In this document: one piece after another, positions 12,475 to 24,500 of the stretch
Position numbering within the stretch: the stretch's first letter is position 1
Layout: each line of letters starts with the position of its first letter
NCBI GenBank assembly: GCA_004431415.1
Contig: QPMI01000056.1
Location: 485,517 to 549,516, forward strand
Length of the DNA: 64,000 bases
Source of the DNA: Cyanophora paradoxa CCMP329
Lineage: Eukaryota; Plantae; Glaucophyta
Direction of reading: 5' to 3'
Notes under the pieces: model-generated
What the model saw: only the letters and a program-made list of their open reading frames with translations
Told to the model about the DNA's origin: nothing
The model's database searches: none
Translations under genes and position numbers: made by a program

Positions 12475-14883
12475 ATGTCAACCACGCCGGGAATCTCGCC
12501 GGCTCTCGCCGACGCGCCGTGCCTCCGATTCGAGCGTGCGCCTTGGCAAAACCCGAGCAGCAAAAGCCAGCGGCCGCTACCGAGGTTCGCAGAATCAACA
12601 TCGCATACTAGTCAGCGGTCCCTTGAGTTGCCCGCCGTTCGCTCACAAGGTCCGGAGCGATTTGCGATGGATGCCTCGTGCAGGGATCAACTTCGCTGAT
12701 TTTATACGGTTCGCTCCAACTCCGCTAGAGCCAGCCGAGTGCGGCCTGGCGCCGGGCCGGCCGCCGCGCGTACTCGCGGATTAGTGAGCCTGTGCGGTGA
12801 CATTGCACGCTGTCGTGCTTCGCCTCCCCGGCCGAAATCGATCTTCGGATCTCTTGACGCACGTGCAGGAGGGCAGCTGGCCGATTCGCGTTGCCACACG
12901 AACGCGGTGCACTTGCTGGACGACCTGCACATCTTCGACCTGCAGTCGCAGCAGTGGCGGGAGATCCGGCGGCCGCTGGTGGGCGAGTGGCCGCCGGCGC
13001 TGGTGGACGCTGCCGGCTGCGTGTTCGACGGGGCCCTCTTCGTGTGGGGCGGGATGGCCCTCGGTCCAACTTTTTGGTTCAACTTTTTGGTCCAAACGTT
13101 TTGGTCCAACGTTCAACTTCAGGTCCAAACCTCGGGGACGCGATGCTCACGGAGAACGAGGAGATGTGGCGCTTCGACCTCGAGCTCCTGCGCTGGGAGC
13201 AGGTCCCCTTCTCGCGCCGCGAGGCCCCCTGCGGGCGCGCCGCGCCCCTCGCCCTCCTCAACGGCGACCGCTGGATCGTCTTCGGCGGCTCCTGCGGGAG
13301 CGGGCGGCGGCCGCAGCTGCGGTGCTCTCTGAAGCTAGCTAGCTCTCTGATCCTGCTCAGCTCCGCGCAGCGATATGTGGAGCTTCAGCTTCGCGCGGCG
13401 CGCCTGGAGCGAGGTCCGCTGGCGCGGGGAGGGGCCCGAGGCCACGGAGGTGCCGCGCCCCCTCCGAGGCTCCTCCGCGCGCCGCGCTGAGGGGCCCCCG
13501 CGCAGGGGGCGGCGGGCTGGGTGAGCGAGGACGGGGCGCTGCTGGCCGTCTTCGGGGGCGCCCGCAACCTCGACGAGGCGACCGCCGTCCCCGTCGCCGA
13601 CGCCTGGCTCTTCTCCTTCCCCCGCCTCGCCTGGAGCCGCCTCCCCGTCTCGCCGGACCCGCACAAGTACCCCCCGGCGCGGGAAGACGCGGCGTTCGGG
13701 GTGGTGAACGGGCGCTGCGTGCTGCTGGGGGGCATGGGCGCCCACGAGGACTTCCTCTCCGACGCCTTCGAGTTCTCCTTCGACGCGGCGGCGGCGCTGG
13801 CGACGCTCGCACCGGGGCCGGCCGCCCTCGCCCTCGCCCTCGAGCGCGAGCGGCCGCACCAGCGGCCCGTCTGGCGGCCGCTGCGGCCCTCGAGCGGGGC
13901 GCCTTCGGCACGCGCGGGGGCCCGCATCGTGTCGCCGCCGCTGAGCCCCGGTGCGCTCCTCGTCGGGGGCCGCAACGTGGCGGGCGGCGCGTGGCAGGCC
14001 TTCACGGCGGACCTCTACTCGCTCTCCGTGCAGGAGCCGAGCCCGGCGGGGAGCGCGCCGCCTCGCGCCGCGCCTCCTCCTCCTCGCCCGTGCGGCCGCC
14101 GCCGCCGCTGCAGGCCCCCGCCTCGTTCCACGGGGCCCCCGCCTCGCCCTCCGCCTCGGCCTCGGGCTGCCTCAACCCGCCCTCCTTCCGCTCCCGCTCC
14201 ACCTCCCTCATCGTCTCTCGCCCCCCGGCCTCCCTCCCCGCCCTCACCTCCCCGCTGCCCCCGCGCACCCTCTCGCCCCCCTCCGCCCGCCCCGCCTCCT
14301 CCCGCGAGCTCTCGAGCCTCGCCCTGCCCGCCCCCGGCCCGGCCTCGGCCTCCGCCCCCTCCTCGAACGGCGCTGGCCTGCGCCCGCTGCTGCGGCCGCC
14401 CTCGCCGACGCCGGCCGGCGGCTCGGCGCGGGCGGGGCCCGTGGCGCTCTCGGTCTCCCCGCCGGCCGCCCTCTCCCCGCCGACCTCGAGGGGCCATCGC
14501 GGCGGCCGCCGCCGAGCTGCGCCGCCGCCTCGAGGCCGGCCCCGCCCCCACCCCGCCCTCCCCCGAGGCCGGCCCAATCCTCCCGGGCGGCCACCCCGCC
14601 GGCCCCCACCCCGCCCCCCGGCCGCAGTCGCCCGTGGGGCGGCGCTCTCTCTCGCCCTCGGGCTCGCAGCGGACGCACTCGGAGCCGACGCCGGCGCAGC
14701 AGCAGCACCGCGCGCAGGCGCACGCGGAGGCGCAGGGGCAGGGGAGGGGGTGCGGGGGTGGCGCTGCCGACGGACGAGCAGCTGCGGCGGCTGCCGCTGG
14801 CGGAGCTCGCGCGCCTCCAGCTCCGCGTCGCCGCCGCTCTCGCCGAGGCGGCCGCCGCCGCCCTGCGCGCCCCCGCCCCCTAG
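12475..14883 (+). CDS. Kelch-repeat (beta-propeller) protein with Pro/Ser-rich C-terminal tail
   Basis: Spliced kelch units RPLPRSG..LILYGG..DDLHIFDLQSQQW, LFVWGG..MWRFDLELLRW, WIVFGG, LAVFGG..AWLFSFPRLAW, PPAREDAAFGVVNGRCVLLGG, PSARAGARIV..LLVGG. Confidence 0.82.
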
Positions 14884-15039
14884 CGCCACCCGCCCCAGCC
14901 CGCCCCTGCCGCCCCCAAGAACGCAACGCATTGCAACGCATTTCGACTACGGTCCTACTGGGAAGAAGCTGAGGGGGCGCCGCCAGGGGCCCCGCGCAGG
15001 GGCCCCGGCCTCTGCGGCTCCTAAAGCCGGCGAGCGGCC

Positions 15040-17877
15040 CTACTGCGGGGTGGTGTCCATTGGCGACGGCTCCGCGGGAGCCGGCGCTGGGGCCGGGGCG
15101 GCCGCGGGCGCCGGCGCGGGGCGCCGGGGCCGGGGGCGGCGCGGGGGCCGGCACGGGCGGGCGGGGCCAGGGACAGCCCCCGGCAGGGGCATCGCCGGCT
15201 GCGCGGGGGCGGGGATGGGGACCTGGGGGACGGGGGGACGGGGCGGGAGCGGGGCCACGGGGCCGCGGGGGCGGGCGGGCAGGCGGGCCAGGCGGGACGA
15301 TGGCGCCGGGGCGGCGGGGGCGGCGGCGGGGCTGCGGGAGATGGCGATCGGGGCGGGGCCGGGGCGGGCGGGGCGGGGGCGGGCGGGGCCGGGGCGGGCC
15401 CGGCGGCGATCGGCTGGTTGGTGATCATGCTCATCTTGGGGAGGGCGGCGCTGGGGTGGACGCCGGCCTCCGGGCCGGCACGCCCGGCGCGAGCAGCGTC
15501 GCCCCCGCGGGGAGGCCCCGGCCCGCGGCGCCATCGCCGGCGGCATCGGCATCATCGGCGGCATCGGCGGCGCCCCGGGCTGCGGCTTCAGCGGCGGCGG
15601 CTGCATGCCGGGCGCCGCGCCGGGGGCCGGCGCCATCGGCGGCCGCACGGGCGCCGCCCCGGGGATCGTGACTGCCTCCGAGGGCCCGGGGGCGCCGCCG
15701 GCCGGGGCAGGAACGGGCTGCGCGGCGGCGTGAGCTTACAGCTGACAGCGGAGACGGGGGCAGGGGGCAGGGCGGACGGCGTTGGGGTTGGCGGCGGCGG
15801 CGGCGGCGCGGCGCTTGCGGTGGAAGGCGTCGATGCTGTCCTCGTCCTCCTCGTCGCTGTCCGTGTCGGCGGCCGTCGAGCCGCCCTTCTTGGGGCGGGG
15901 CCCGTCGGCCCCCTGGTTGTCCTCCACGTCCGACCCGTCCAGCTCCCCCTCCCGCCGCACGTGCCGGTCCTTGTCCCGCTCTGCCGCCCCCCAGGGGCCC
16001 CTCAGGCGACGCGGAGGGCAGGGGAGGCGGGCGGGGCAGGGCGGGGCGCGCACGGGAGATGCGGACGTCGGGGTCGCGGCGGTCGTCGTCGTTCTCGAAG
16101 CGGAGCGAGTCGGGGGGGACGTCGTGGAAGGCGACGGAGGGCGCCGGCTCGATGTTGCGCAGCTGCTCGAGCAGCTTGATCCGGCACTTCTCCAGGTACT
16201 CCTTCCCGTTCAGGTTCTCCATGTTGGAGGCGGGGACGTGCAGCGTGTAGGTGGGCCCGTAGAAGTAGTAGTAGTCGTTGTAGGGGAGCTGGTCGGGGAG
16301 GTCGATGCCGAGGGCGATGGCGGTCTCGTTGGTCCAGCAGCGGGAGACGTTGCGCATGGTGTAGCCGCCGCCGCCGAGCATGAGAGTGGGCACGTTGAAG
16401 GAGCGCACGAAGCGGGCCGCCTCGGCGTGGCCCCGCAGGGAGAGGTTGAAGGAGCCGAGGCGGTCCCCCGAGAGCGAGTCCGCCCCGCACTGCAGCACCA
16501 CCGCCCCCGGCCGGTACCGCTCCATGATCGCCGTGATGATCTGCGCCCCGCGCCTCGGCCCCCGCCCTCCCCGCCCCCGCGAGGGGCCCGCTGGGCCGGG
16601 CTCAGCGGGCGCACGGGCTTGAAGTTCTCGAGGAAGGAGTCGTCGTCCAGGCCATCGTTGAGCGGGAAGTTCACCGCCGTGTTCTTGCCCTTGCCGTACC
16701 CCACGTCCTGCGCGAGCCTCAGCGGCGGCGGGGGGCGGGCGGCCGGCGGGGGGGCGGGGCCGGCGCACGAGGAGGTGGCCGGTGCCCGGGAAGTAGTCGC
16801 CGAACTTGTGGAAGGAGCAGGTCATGACGCGGTCCGTGCAGTAGAAGGCCTCCTCCACGCCGTCCCCGTGGTGGATGTCGATGTCGATGTACAGCACCCG
16901 CTGGTGGTACCTGCCACCGCCGGCCCCCGGTTGGGGCGCCGGCGCGCGCGCGCGGCCGAACGAAGCAGAGCGCACTTGAGCAGCTCGAGGATGGAGAGGA
17001 CGATGTCGTTCACGTAGCAGAAGCTGCGGGGGGCGGCTCGGAGGGGCGGCGGATCAAATGCGCGGAAGCGGCGCGGGCGCACCCCGAGGCCTCGCTCTTC
17101 TTGGCGTGGTGGCGGCCGCCGGCCCAGTTGATGCAGATGTCCGCCTGCTGCTGGTTGAGCTTCACCGCCCCAGCTGCCCCGCGCCGTCAGCCGCGCGGCG
17201 CGCTGGCGTCCCGCGAAGGTACCGATGGAGCCGCCGGCGGAGATCTGATTGAACTCGTACAGCCCGTCGAAGATCGGGTTATCGAAGTTCACGTTGACTG
17301 CGAGCCGAGTCGTTTGGCGGGAGCGGAGAGAAGCCGAGGGCGCGGCCGGACGCACAGCGCTGCAGGGCGGCCTGGTGCTCCTGCGCGGTTTCAGGCGTGA
17401 CGTGCTTCATGAATTGAATGTAGTCGTCCGCGTGGAAGCGGGTGAGTTCGTTGTCGGACGCGTAGTGCGGGCGCTGTCGGGGGCAGGTCAAGGAACTGCT
17501 CGAAACGCTTCATCGCGGCTGCTCTGGGCGCGGGATAACGCAACAAGCCCCACGCGGTACGCGGCTTGCGCAAAGGATACGACAATTTCCATGTGATCGA
17601 GCACGCCGTAGTTGTGGAGCAGGTTGTGGACCATGCGCACAATGTGCGGCTTGTGAGGGTGGCCCGGTCCGAAATAAACTGCACGAGGAAGCCGGCGCGA
17701 TTAGAGGCCGGCGTGTGGACGGAGGCGCGAGGCACGCACAGTTCCCGACATCGGGCTACGAAGCGAGGCGCAGAATCGAACCGAAGAAAGAGGTCAGCGT
17801 CTCCAGAGGGCGACGCGCAGCTGGGGGCGTGGAGCGACGCGCACGTTGTAAAAGTAGCTAACTCGCCGGTCGGGCAT
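15040..17877 (-). CDS. Class I histone deacetylase (RPD3/HDAC1-like) with long Pro-rich C-terminus
   Basis: [11 protein letters not shown]|PDVGN(16-nt exon 17740-17755)[12 protein letters not shown]; [19 protein letters not shown]; [20 protein letters not shown]; [13 protein letters not shown]; [12 protein letters not shown]; LGGGGYT; catalytic residues intact. Confidence 0.95.
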
Positions 17878-18246
17878 TGCGATCTCTTGTCACCGAGGCG
17901 ACTGTACGCGTGTTTCGTGGCGTCGTTTCCACCTAGCGCGAGCCCGCCTTTCCTGGCTTTTCGCGCTGTGTACCCCAGGCTGCGGGGAAAAGGTGTACCC
18001 CAACGTCGAGGAAAAGGGCCACGACAAAGGTCTACAGCGCACGCACAGCGCAAGCTGCGCAACCGAGACCCCTGCAGCGTGTTGAGTATATCGGCGCGGG
18101 AAGCGCTGGGTGCATCGTGGGTACCTGCGACCTGGTGAACAATGTCTCGGCAAAGCATGGGCGCGCATCATCAGCTGTAGAATAGCTTCGGCGGAAGCGC
18201 CCAGCGCAACCCCACCCCCGACCTCCATGCCAACTCTGCCCGCGCG

Positions 18247-20305
18247 ATGACAGCTACAACGCGAACTGCAGAAGAGAAGCTAAAGGTGCGCGACTCAGAG
18301 TGACGGCGGCGGTCAGAGTTCTCTTGCAGTCTAGTGCTAACGGGGCTGAACACCTGGGTCCCGCGACGTGCTCCCCCCGCACGGATACGGTGGCGGGGAT
18401 CGCAGCGCTCGCGGCTACCGGAGCGGCGTGGGAGATCGCCCGGGGTCGGCGTCGGGCTGAGGCGGGGCGGCGCAGGAGGTGCTGGAGGAGCTGACCTGCC
18501 CGATCTGCCTCGAGTTCTTCGTCGAGCCGCGGCTCCTGCCCTGCTCCCACACCTTCTGGTCCGCCCGCCCCACCTCGAGCCGCAGCCCGGCGCGGCTGAG
18601 CTGAGCGCGCTTCTCCCAGCTACGGGTGCATGCGGGGGCTCGTGAGGAGCCAGCACGTGAAGTGCCCGACGTGCCGGAAGGTGACGCTGCTCCAGGAGGA
18701 GGGCATCCGCTGCCTTCCGCGCAACCGCGCCCTCAGCAACATCGTCGCCAAGATCCGCGACAACCACCCCGAGCACTGCTGTCCGCCCCGCCCCCGCCCG
18801 CCCCCCGCCCCGCCCCGAGCCGGGCTGAGCGGGGCCTGCAGCGGGGTGCCGGGACCTGCTGGCGACCGTCTCGTGCCAGGCGTGCGGGGGCAAGTTCTAC
18901 TGCGACGAGTGCGCGGCGAAGGCGCACGCGCGGCTCGCCCCCACGGCGCCCCCGCACCCCCTGGAGAGGGTCCCGCCGCCCCCGCGCCGCGACGGCCGCT
19001 CCGCCGCCGACGCCGCCGCCCTCCGCGCGAGCTACAAGTGCCGTGCGCGCCGCCCGCCCCCCCGCCCGGCGCGGGGCGCTCGGGCGGCGGGGGCTGACGG
19101 GGGCGCAGCGGTGCACAGCTACAAGGAGGTGCGCTTCTACTGCCTGACGGACGGGGCGTCGGTGTGCAAGCACTGCATCCTCAAGGGGGACCACCTCGGC
19201 CACCGCTACGTGCTCCTCAAGGAGGGGGCCATGCGCGCCCGCACGGCCCTCTACGCGGCGATCAAGGGCGCGCAGGGCCTCGTCGCGAGGCTCGAGGAGT
19301 CCTCCCGCGCCCTCCGCTCCGCCCTCCTCGGCGAGGACGCCGCCTCCGCCCCGGACGCCCTGCCGCCGCCGCCGGCGGAGAGCGGGGAGGGGCCGGGCGG
19401 GGGCCGGGGCCGGGGCCGGGAGCTGCTGTGCCGGGCCCGGGAGGTGCGGGCGGACGTGGAGGGGGGGGTGATGGAGGCGGAGCGGGTGATCCGGGAGGGG
19501 GACTGCCTCTCGATCATCCACATGCGGGAGGACTTCGACGCCCTCCTCGCCTCCCTCCGCCCCGACGCCCTCCTCGCCGACGCCACACACTTCCTCGCCC
19601 CGGCCCCCGCCCCCGCCCCCTCCGACGCCCCCGCCCCGCCCCCCTCCCCGCACCCCCTCCCCGCACGCCCCGCCCTCCCCGGCCGCCGCGGCGGGGTCCG
19701 CCGGGGCGAGGAGCCGGACGCCGACGCCACCGGAGGGGTGGCGCTGGGGCGGGCGTCGGCGGTGCTGGCGGTGGCGCTGCAGCGCGTGGCCTCCGCGGGG
19801 TCCCTCTCCGAGCGCGACCGCGACCCCGAGGCGCCCCGCCGCCCGCCCCCGTCCCGCGAGCCTGACCGCCCCGCCCACCCCCACGAGCGCCCCCCCCTCG
19901 CCCTCCCCGCCCTCAACTCGCCCGCCTCGGCGCCGGCGGTCGAGCGGCCGCGGGGTCGGCGCACGCGGCGGCGATCCTGGCGCGGGGCGCGGGCGGGAGC
20001 TGCAGCGCTCCCTCTCGCAGAGCCCGCGGCACCAGCGGCCCTCGGGCACCGACTCGGACGCCGCGCCGGGCGAGGACGACGCGCCGCCGGGGCTGGCGCC
20101 CCCGCGCGGCCTCCGCGGCGGCCTGCAGGCGACCCTCGCGCCCGAGGCGGAGGGCGACGAGGGGCGCGCCTCGGCCTCGGCCTCGGGGCGCGGCTCCTCG
20201 CCCTCGCCGGTCCCCAGCATCGTCGCCGAGCTGCGCCGCCTCGGCACGCACCCCGTCTCCTCTCCCAACCTCGGCCTCCCCCACGCCTTCTCCGCCCCCC
20301 GCTAG
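18247..20305 (+). CDS. RING-HC + B-box (TRIM-like) E3 ligase with low-complexity tail
   Basis: [41 protein letters not shown]; B-box-like segments CQACGGKFYCDECAAKAH and H...RFYCLTDGASVCKHCILKGDHLGH; then a coiled coil. Confidence 0.87.
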
Positions 20306-21550
20306 CACCCGCCCCCTCCCCCGCTTTTTCTCGTGACCTCGTCACCCCAGAATATTCATGCATCCGTCAAATTTGTTCTAGTAATGCGCGGTTCTCGTCT
20401 TTGTAGATGCCGTGGCTTCCAGCCTGCCAGCGCTAGCGCCGGCGCCAGCTGCAGCGCCCGCCGTTTTTGGCGCCCGCCGCGCCGGCTTCTTTGAAATTCG
20501 TATTATATGCTTTTAGATACATAGCTAGAGTTTCAATACATCCAATATCCAGCCTCCGGGCGCGCCGCGCCGGACGCCCCTGCATGTGTGCGCTTAAAGC
20601 TTCGCACTTCGATCGCGAGTTCGAAACGGCGCCATGCCATGATCATATGCATGATGCCTCCCGATCCCGATCGATCTCTTTGATTTGATCTCTTAAAAGG
20701 TTCAACGGTTAACCGTACATGGCCGATGCATATGGTACGGGGGCGGCCCGGCGGGAGGGAAGGACGGAAACGCATTAAATATAGAAGCGATAGCGCATTT
20801 TACGTGCACATCGCGATCGATCAATCATTTGCAAAATAAAACTATTGATATTCGCGATCGAGGCGAATTAGATCGCGAAACACGTTTGATCCAATTAATT
20901 AGAAGTTATAATTAAAGCGCATTTCGCCAATGGGCACTAAAAATCGCCCGCGGCCGATAAGTTAAAGCGCCCGCGGCCCGGGCGAGAATTAAAATGCTGA
21001 TTATGAGATGATCATGATCATGCCGCGGCAGGCCGGCCGGCCGCGGGCCGGGGCGCCCGCGGCTGAGAAATTAAATGCTGAGATGACGTCGACGGTGCAG
21101 CACATGCAGCTGCAGGCGCCGGGTGGGGTACATATATATCTAGAAACTTGCGAGGCGACGTCGACTGCGGCTGCAGCTGGAGCTGCGAGAGATGCAAACG
21201 CGCTCGCACGACCGTGGTCGCCGTCCGGATGACGATGCAGAGAGCGATCGCGAGTGGGGTGCGTCGACTCAAATTTCTCCGGGATCGATATCCTGTCAAA
21301 TTCATGGCGAGCGCGCGCCCCGGCCCCGCGCGCGCGCCGCGGCGCGTTGCATGCATGTTAACTAGCTATAGACATCCCATATTTTGGGCGTTTGGATCAT
21401 CTAGCCGGGGAAAACAGTGCACGTGATCATGACCGGTCGCGCGTCGCAGAAATTGATCGCGCTGATCCCGACGTCGCCGCGGCTTCGAGCTGCCTTCCGC
21501 AAGCACGATCGCGACCGCGGCGCGCCGCTGCAGTCCGAGCATTGAGCAGA

Positions 21551-24500
21551 ATGGAGGAGGCGATGCGCGATGTCGACGAGGAGAGTGCACCCGAAAACCC
21601 AGATTTGACGTCGACTTCGAATTCGCGCTCGAAACGGCGCCATGCGCATGCCCCTCCGGCTCCGACGTCGACGTCGGCGACGCAAGAAGGAGACGCACCA
21701 GGTATCAGCGCTGATTACCCGCGATTGCGATGGCCATGGGCTCCCTCGAATATTAAATATTGCAATCCGCGCATGCATGTGCGCAGGAGTTTTGATTTCT
21801 AGATCTGATTGCAAGCGGGCGCGAAGGGCGTCGACGTCCGCGAATTCGAATTCGAATTCGACGCCGGCCTCATCATATTCGAATTTCACCCACGATTTCG
21901 ACATCGATCGCGATCGGGAAGCCGCTGCCGATCTAGATGCCGAGCCGGATCCGGAGCTCGAGGACTACGATCGCTCGCGATCGGGTACGCCTTGAATATT
22001 CATGATTGAAGAATCGATTATTCACCATCAATCATGCAAATTAAATTGATGCGTGCGATTTTTTGCGCGGGTTACGCGAAATTGTTGTCGACGTCGGCAG
22101 CTGCACATGCGCATATGCATATGCATGCAGCCAGCTCGAGCTCCATGGCCAGCTCCGCGGCCGGCTCTAGATCTCGGCGTGCGCAGCCCAAGATCAACCC
22201 GTTCTGTCAGCTGCAGCGCGATGGTGGCCCCCCGGCTGGCGCGATGATGCTTATCTTCAGCCGCGTGGCGGAGGACCCGCAGTCTCTCATCTCCCTGTCC
22301 CGCGTCGACAGCTGGTTCCGCATGATGCTGACGACGGAATCCGCCGCCACCGACGAGCTGTGGCGGCGCGCGTTCTTGGCGCTGCCCGTGGACGTTCTGG
22401 AGGCGGCGCGGGACGCGGGCGTGGACGGCCGCGACCAGCCGCGGCGTGCAGTCGAGCTGGCGTTCCCAGGGCCCTGCGGCGGCTGCGGGGCGACGCGGGC
22501 GAAGGAGCTGCGCACCCGCTGGGGCCTCCTCATCCGCGCCTGCCACTTCTGCTTCCGCTACAACACCATTGGAGACTACGAGGTTGGTCGTCATCGCGGC
22601 CTACTCGAGCACCTCCGGCGAGAGCGCGTCGAAGGGTGGCAGAGGTCGTTCGGCTACAGGTACGGCAGGGGTGAAAAAGTGGAGTACGATCGGCTTCTGC
22701 GCTCCAGTGTGGTGGCTGTGCTGCGCTCCAGCGGCGCCAGCGAGGAGACGATCGAAGCCGTCAAGCCGCGCGACAGGCGAACGCTTCTCAGCATTGCGGT
22801 CAAGGCCGCTGGGCTCAAAGTCGGCAAGGCGAGCTTGACTGACGCCTTCAAGGCCGCCGTCAAGAAGCGCACCAAGCCGGACATCAATCTCATGAAAACG
22901 ATTCGCGAGGAGATCAAAATCAAGCTGAAATCCAGGCAAGTGCGCGTGCACATATGCATCGCAAAGCACTTAATTCGTGCTAAAGATAAAGCGCTTGATC
23001 GATGTCATGACTTGGAATAATTAAATCACCAACGAATTCTTATTATCGATCAATCCTTTCGCTCATGCACATGTTCCGCAATCGATGTCGTGACGAATTT
23101 AATTTGCAGCGGGCCCGGGGGTGCTGGTGGCCGCGGATCCGCGCAAGCAAGCTCCGGATCCACATGTACAGCTGCATCTCCAGCCAATCCGGCTTCGAAT
23201 TCAGAGAGTCCACATGCACAAGCACTCCTGTCCGTTCGTGTTCGAAATAGCCAGGCCACAAATTGTTTTCTTCTAGACTACAAATTCTTCTAGACTAGCA
23301 AGTTCAGCGAACCACTCTTTCTGATCGCGATTTATATATATATCGGCAGAGGGCCGGCTGCGGCTGCTTCGAAGGGCCGGAGTTCGAGTTTAAATTTGAA
23401 GCGACCACGCGAAAGCCCCAGATACGGCGCCCTGGATTGGGTGGCCTTCTTCTGCCGGGGGGGAGTCACGGCAAAGAGGCTCGCTTTCGAGGACAAGGGG
23501 ATCAGCGAGCGGAGCTTTGCCGAGGTTCAATTGCAATTGATTCTGCGACGCAATCCGGAGATCTGTTGTTTTGGTGAACGTTGACTTCCAATTAATATTG
23601 CGTACGCATGCGCATGCGCAGGCATCGGAGTATTTCTACGACTTCTTCAAACAGTGTGTCAATGTCGACCTGGCCGCGTCGAAATCGTTTCATGAGCACT
23701 TCCAAAATTACGCCGAGGTACTTTTAATTTACTCCCATACAAGATTTGAGTTTTGAATCCATGTCATGATCATGATCAGAACGAGCTGAAATTCGCCCGC
23801 CACTACATTCCGAAGTGCGACATGCCCGCCGCTTTCTCTACAGAAGGGGATCCGATTATCCCTTAGATATAATTAGATATTCTATATAGATCTATATAGA
23901 TCCCTTACATTATCCTATAGATCTATATAGCTATATTCTCAAGTAATTTAAATTTAAATGTAAAAGCGACGTCTTGGAATTCGGATTCGTCTTATTCCAA
24001 TTTAAAAAGCGATCGCGATGGCGCCGGCTCGCTATATTGATCTCGATTGGATCTAGATTTAAAGTTTTTCTGGATCAAAACTGTCCTACGAACAGATTTT
24101 TTCTGACACTTTGTTTGCAACAAGATTCGAACGGATTGAGGAGACGCCTCGAACGCTGGCGGAGTCACTGACGGGGCTCCCTGTGAATCAGAAGGGGCGC
24201 GGCGAGGCCTGCCGCCTGATGCTGCCCGTCTTTGCCGAATTCGCGCACCTGGTCGCGGAGGAAGACGCAGCGCGGGCGGCGGGAGAAATTCGCCGAAGGC
24301 TGCGCCAGGAGGAGATCGTCGATTCCGCGACCGACCTGCGCCAGGTAATTACGAAATTGTAATGCAATAGCAGTATACGTATATATCGATTTTACGCCTG
24401 ATAAGAAGATATAATATATATATGCATTTTATATGCTCGCGATCGCAACTATGATCGAAATACCGGTACGTATACCGGTATTTATGCGATCCGGATCCTG

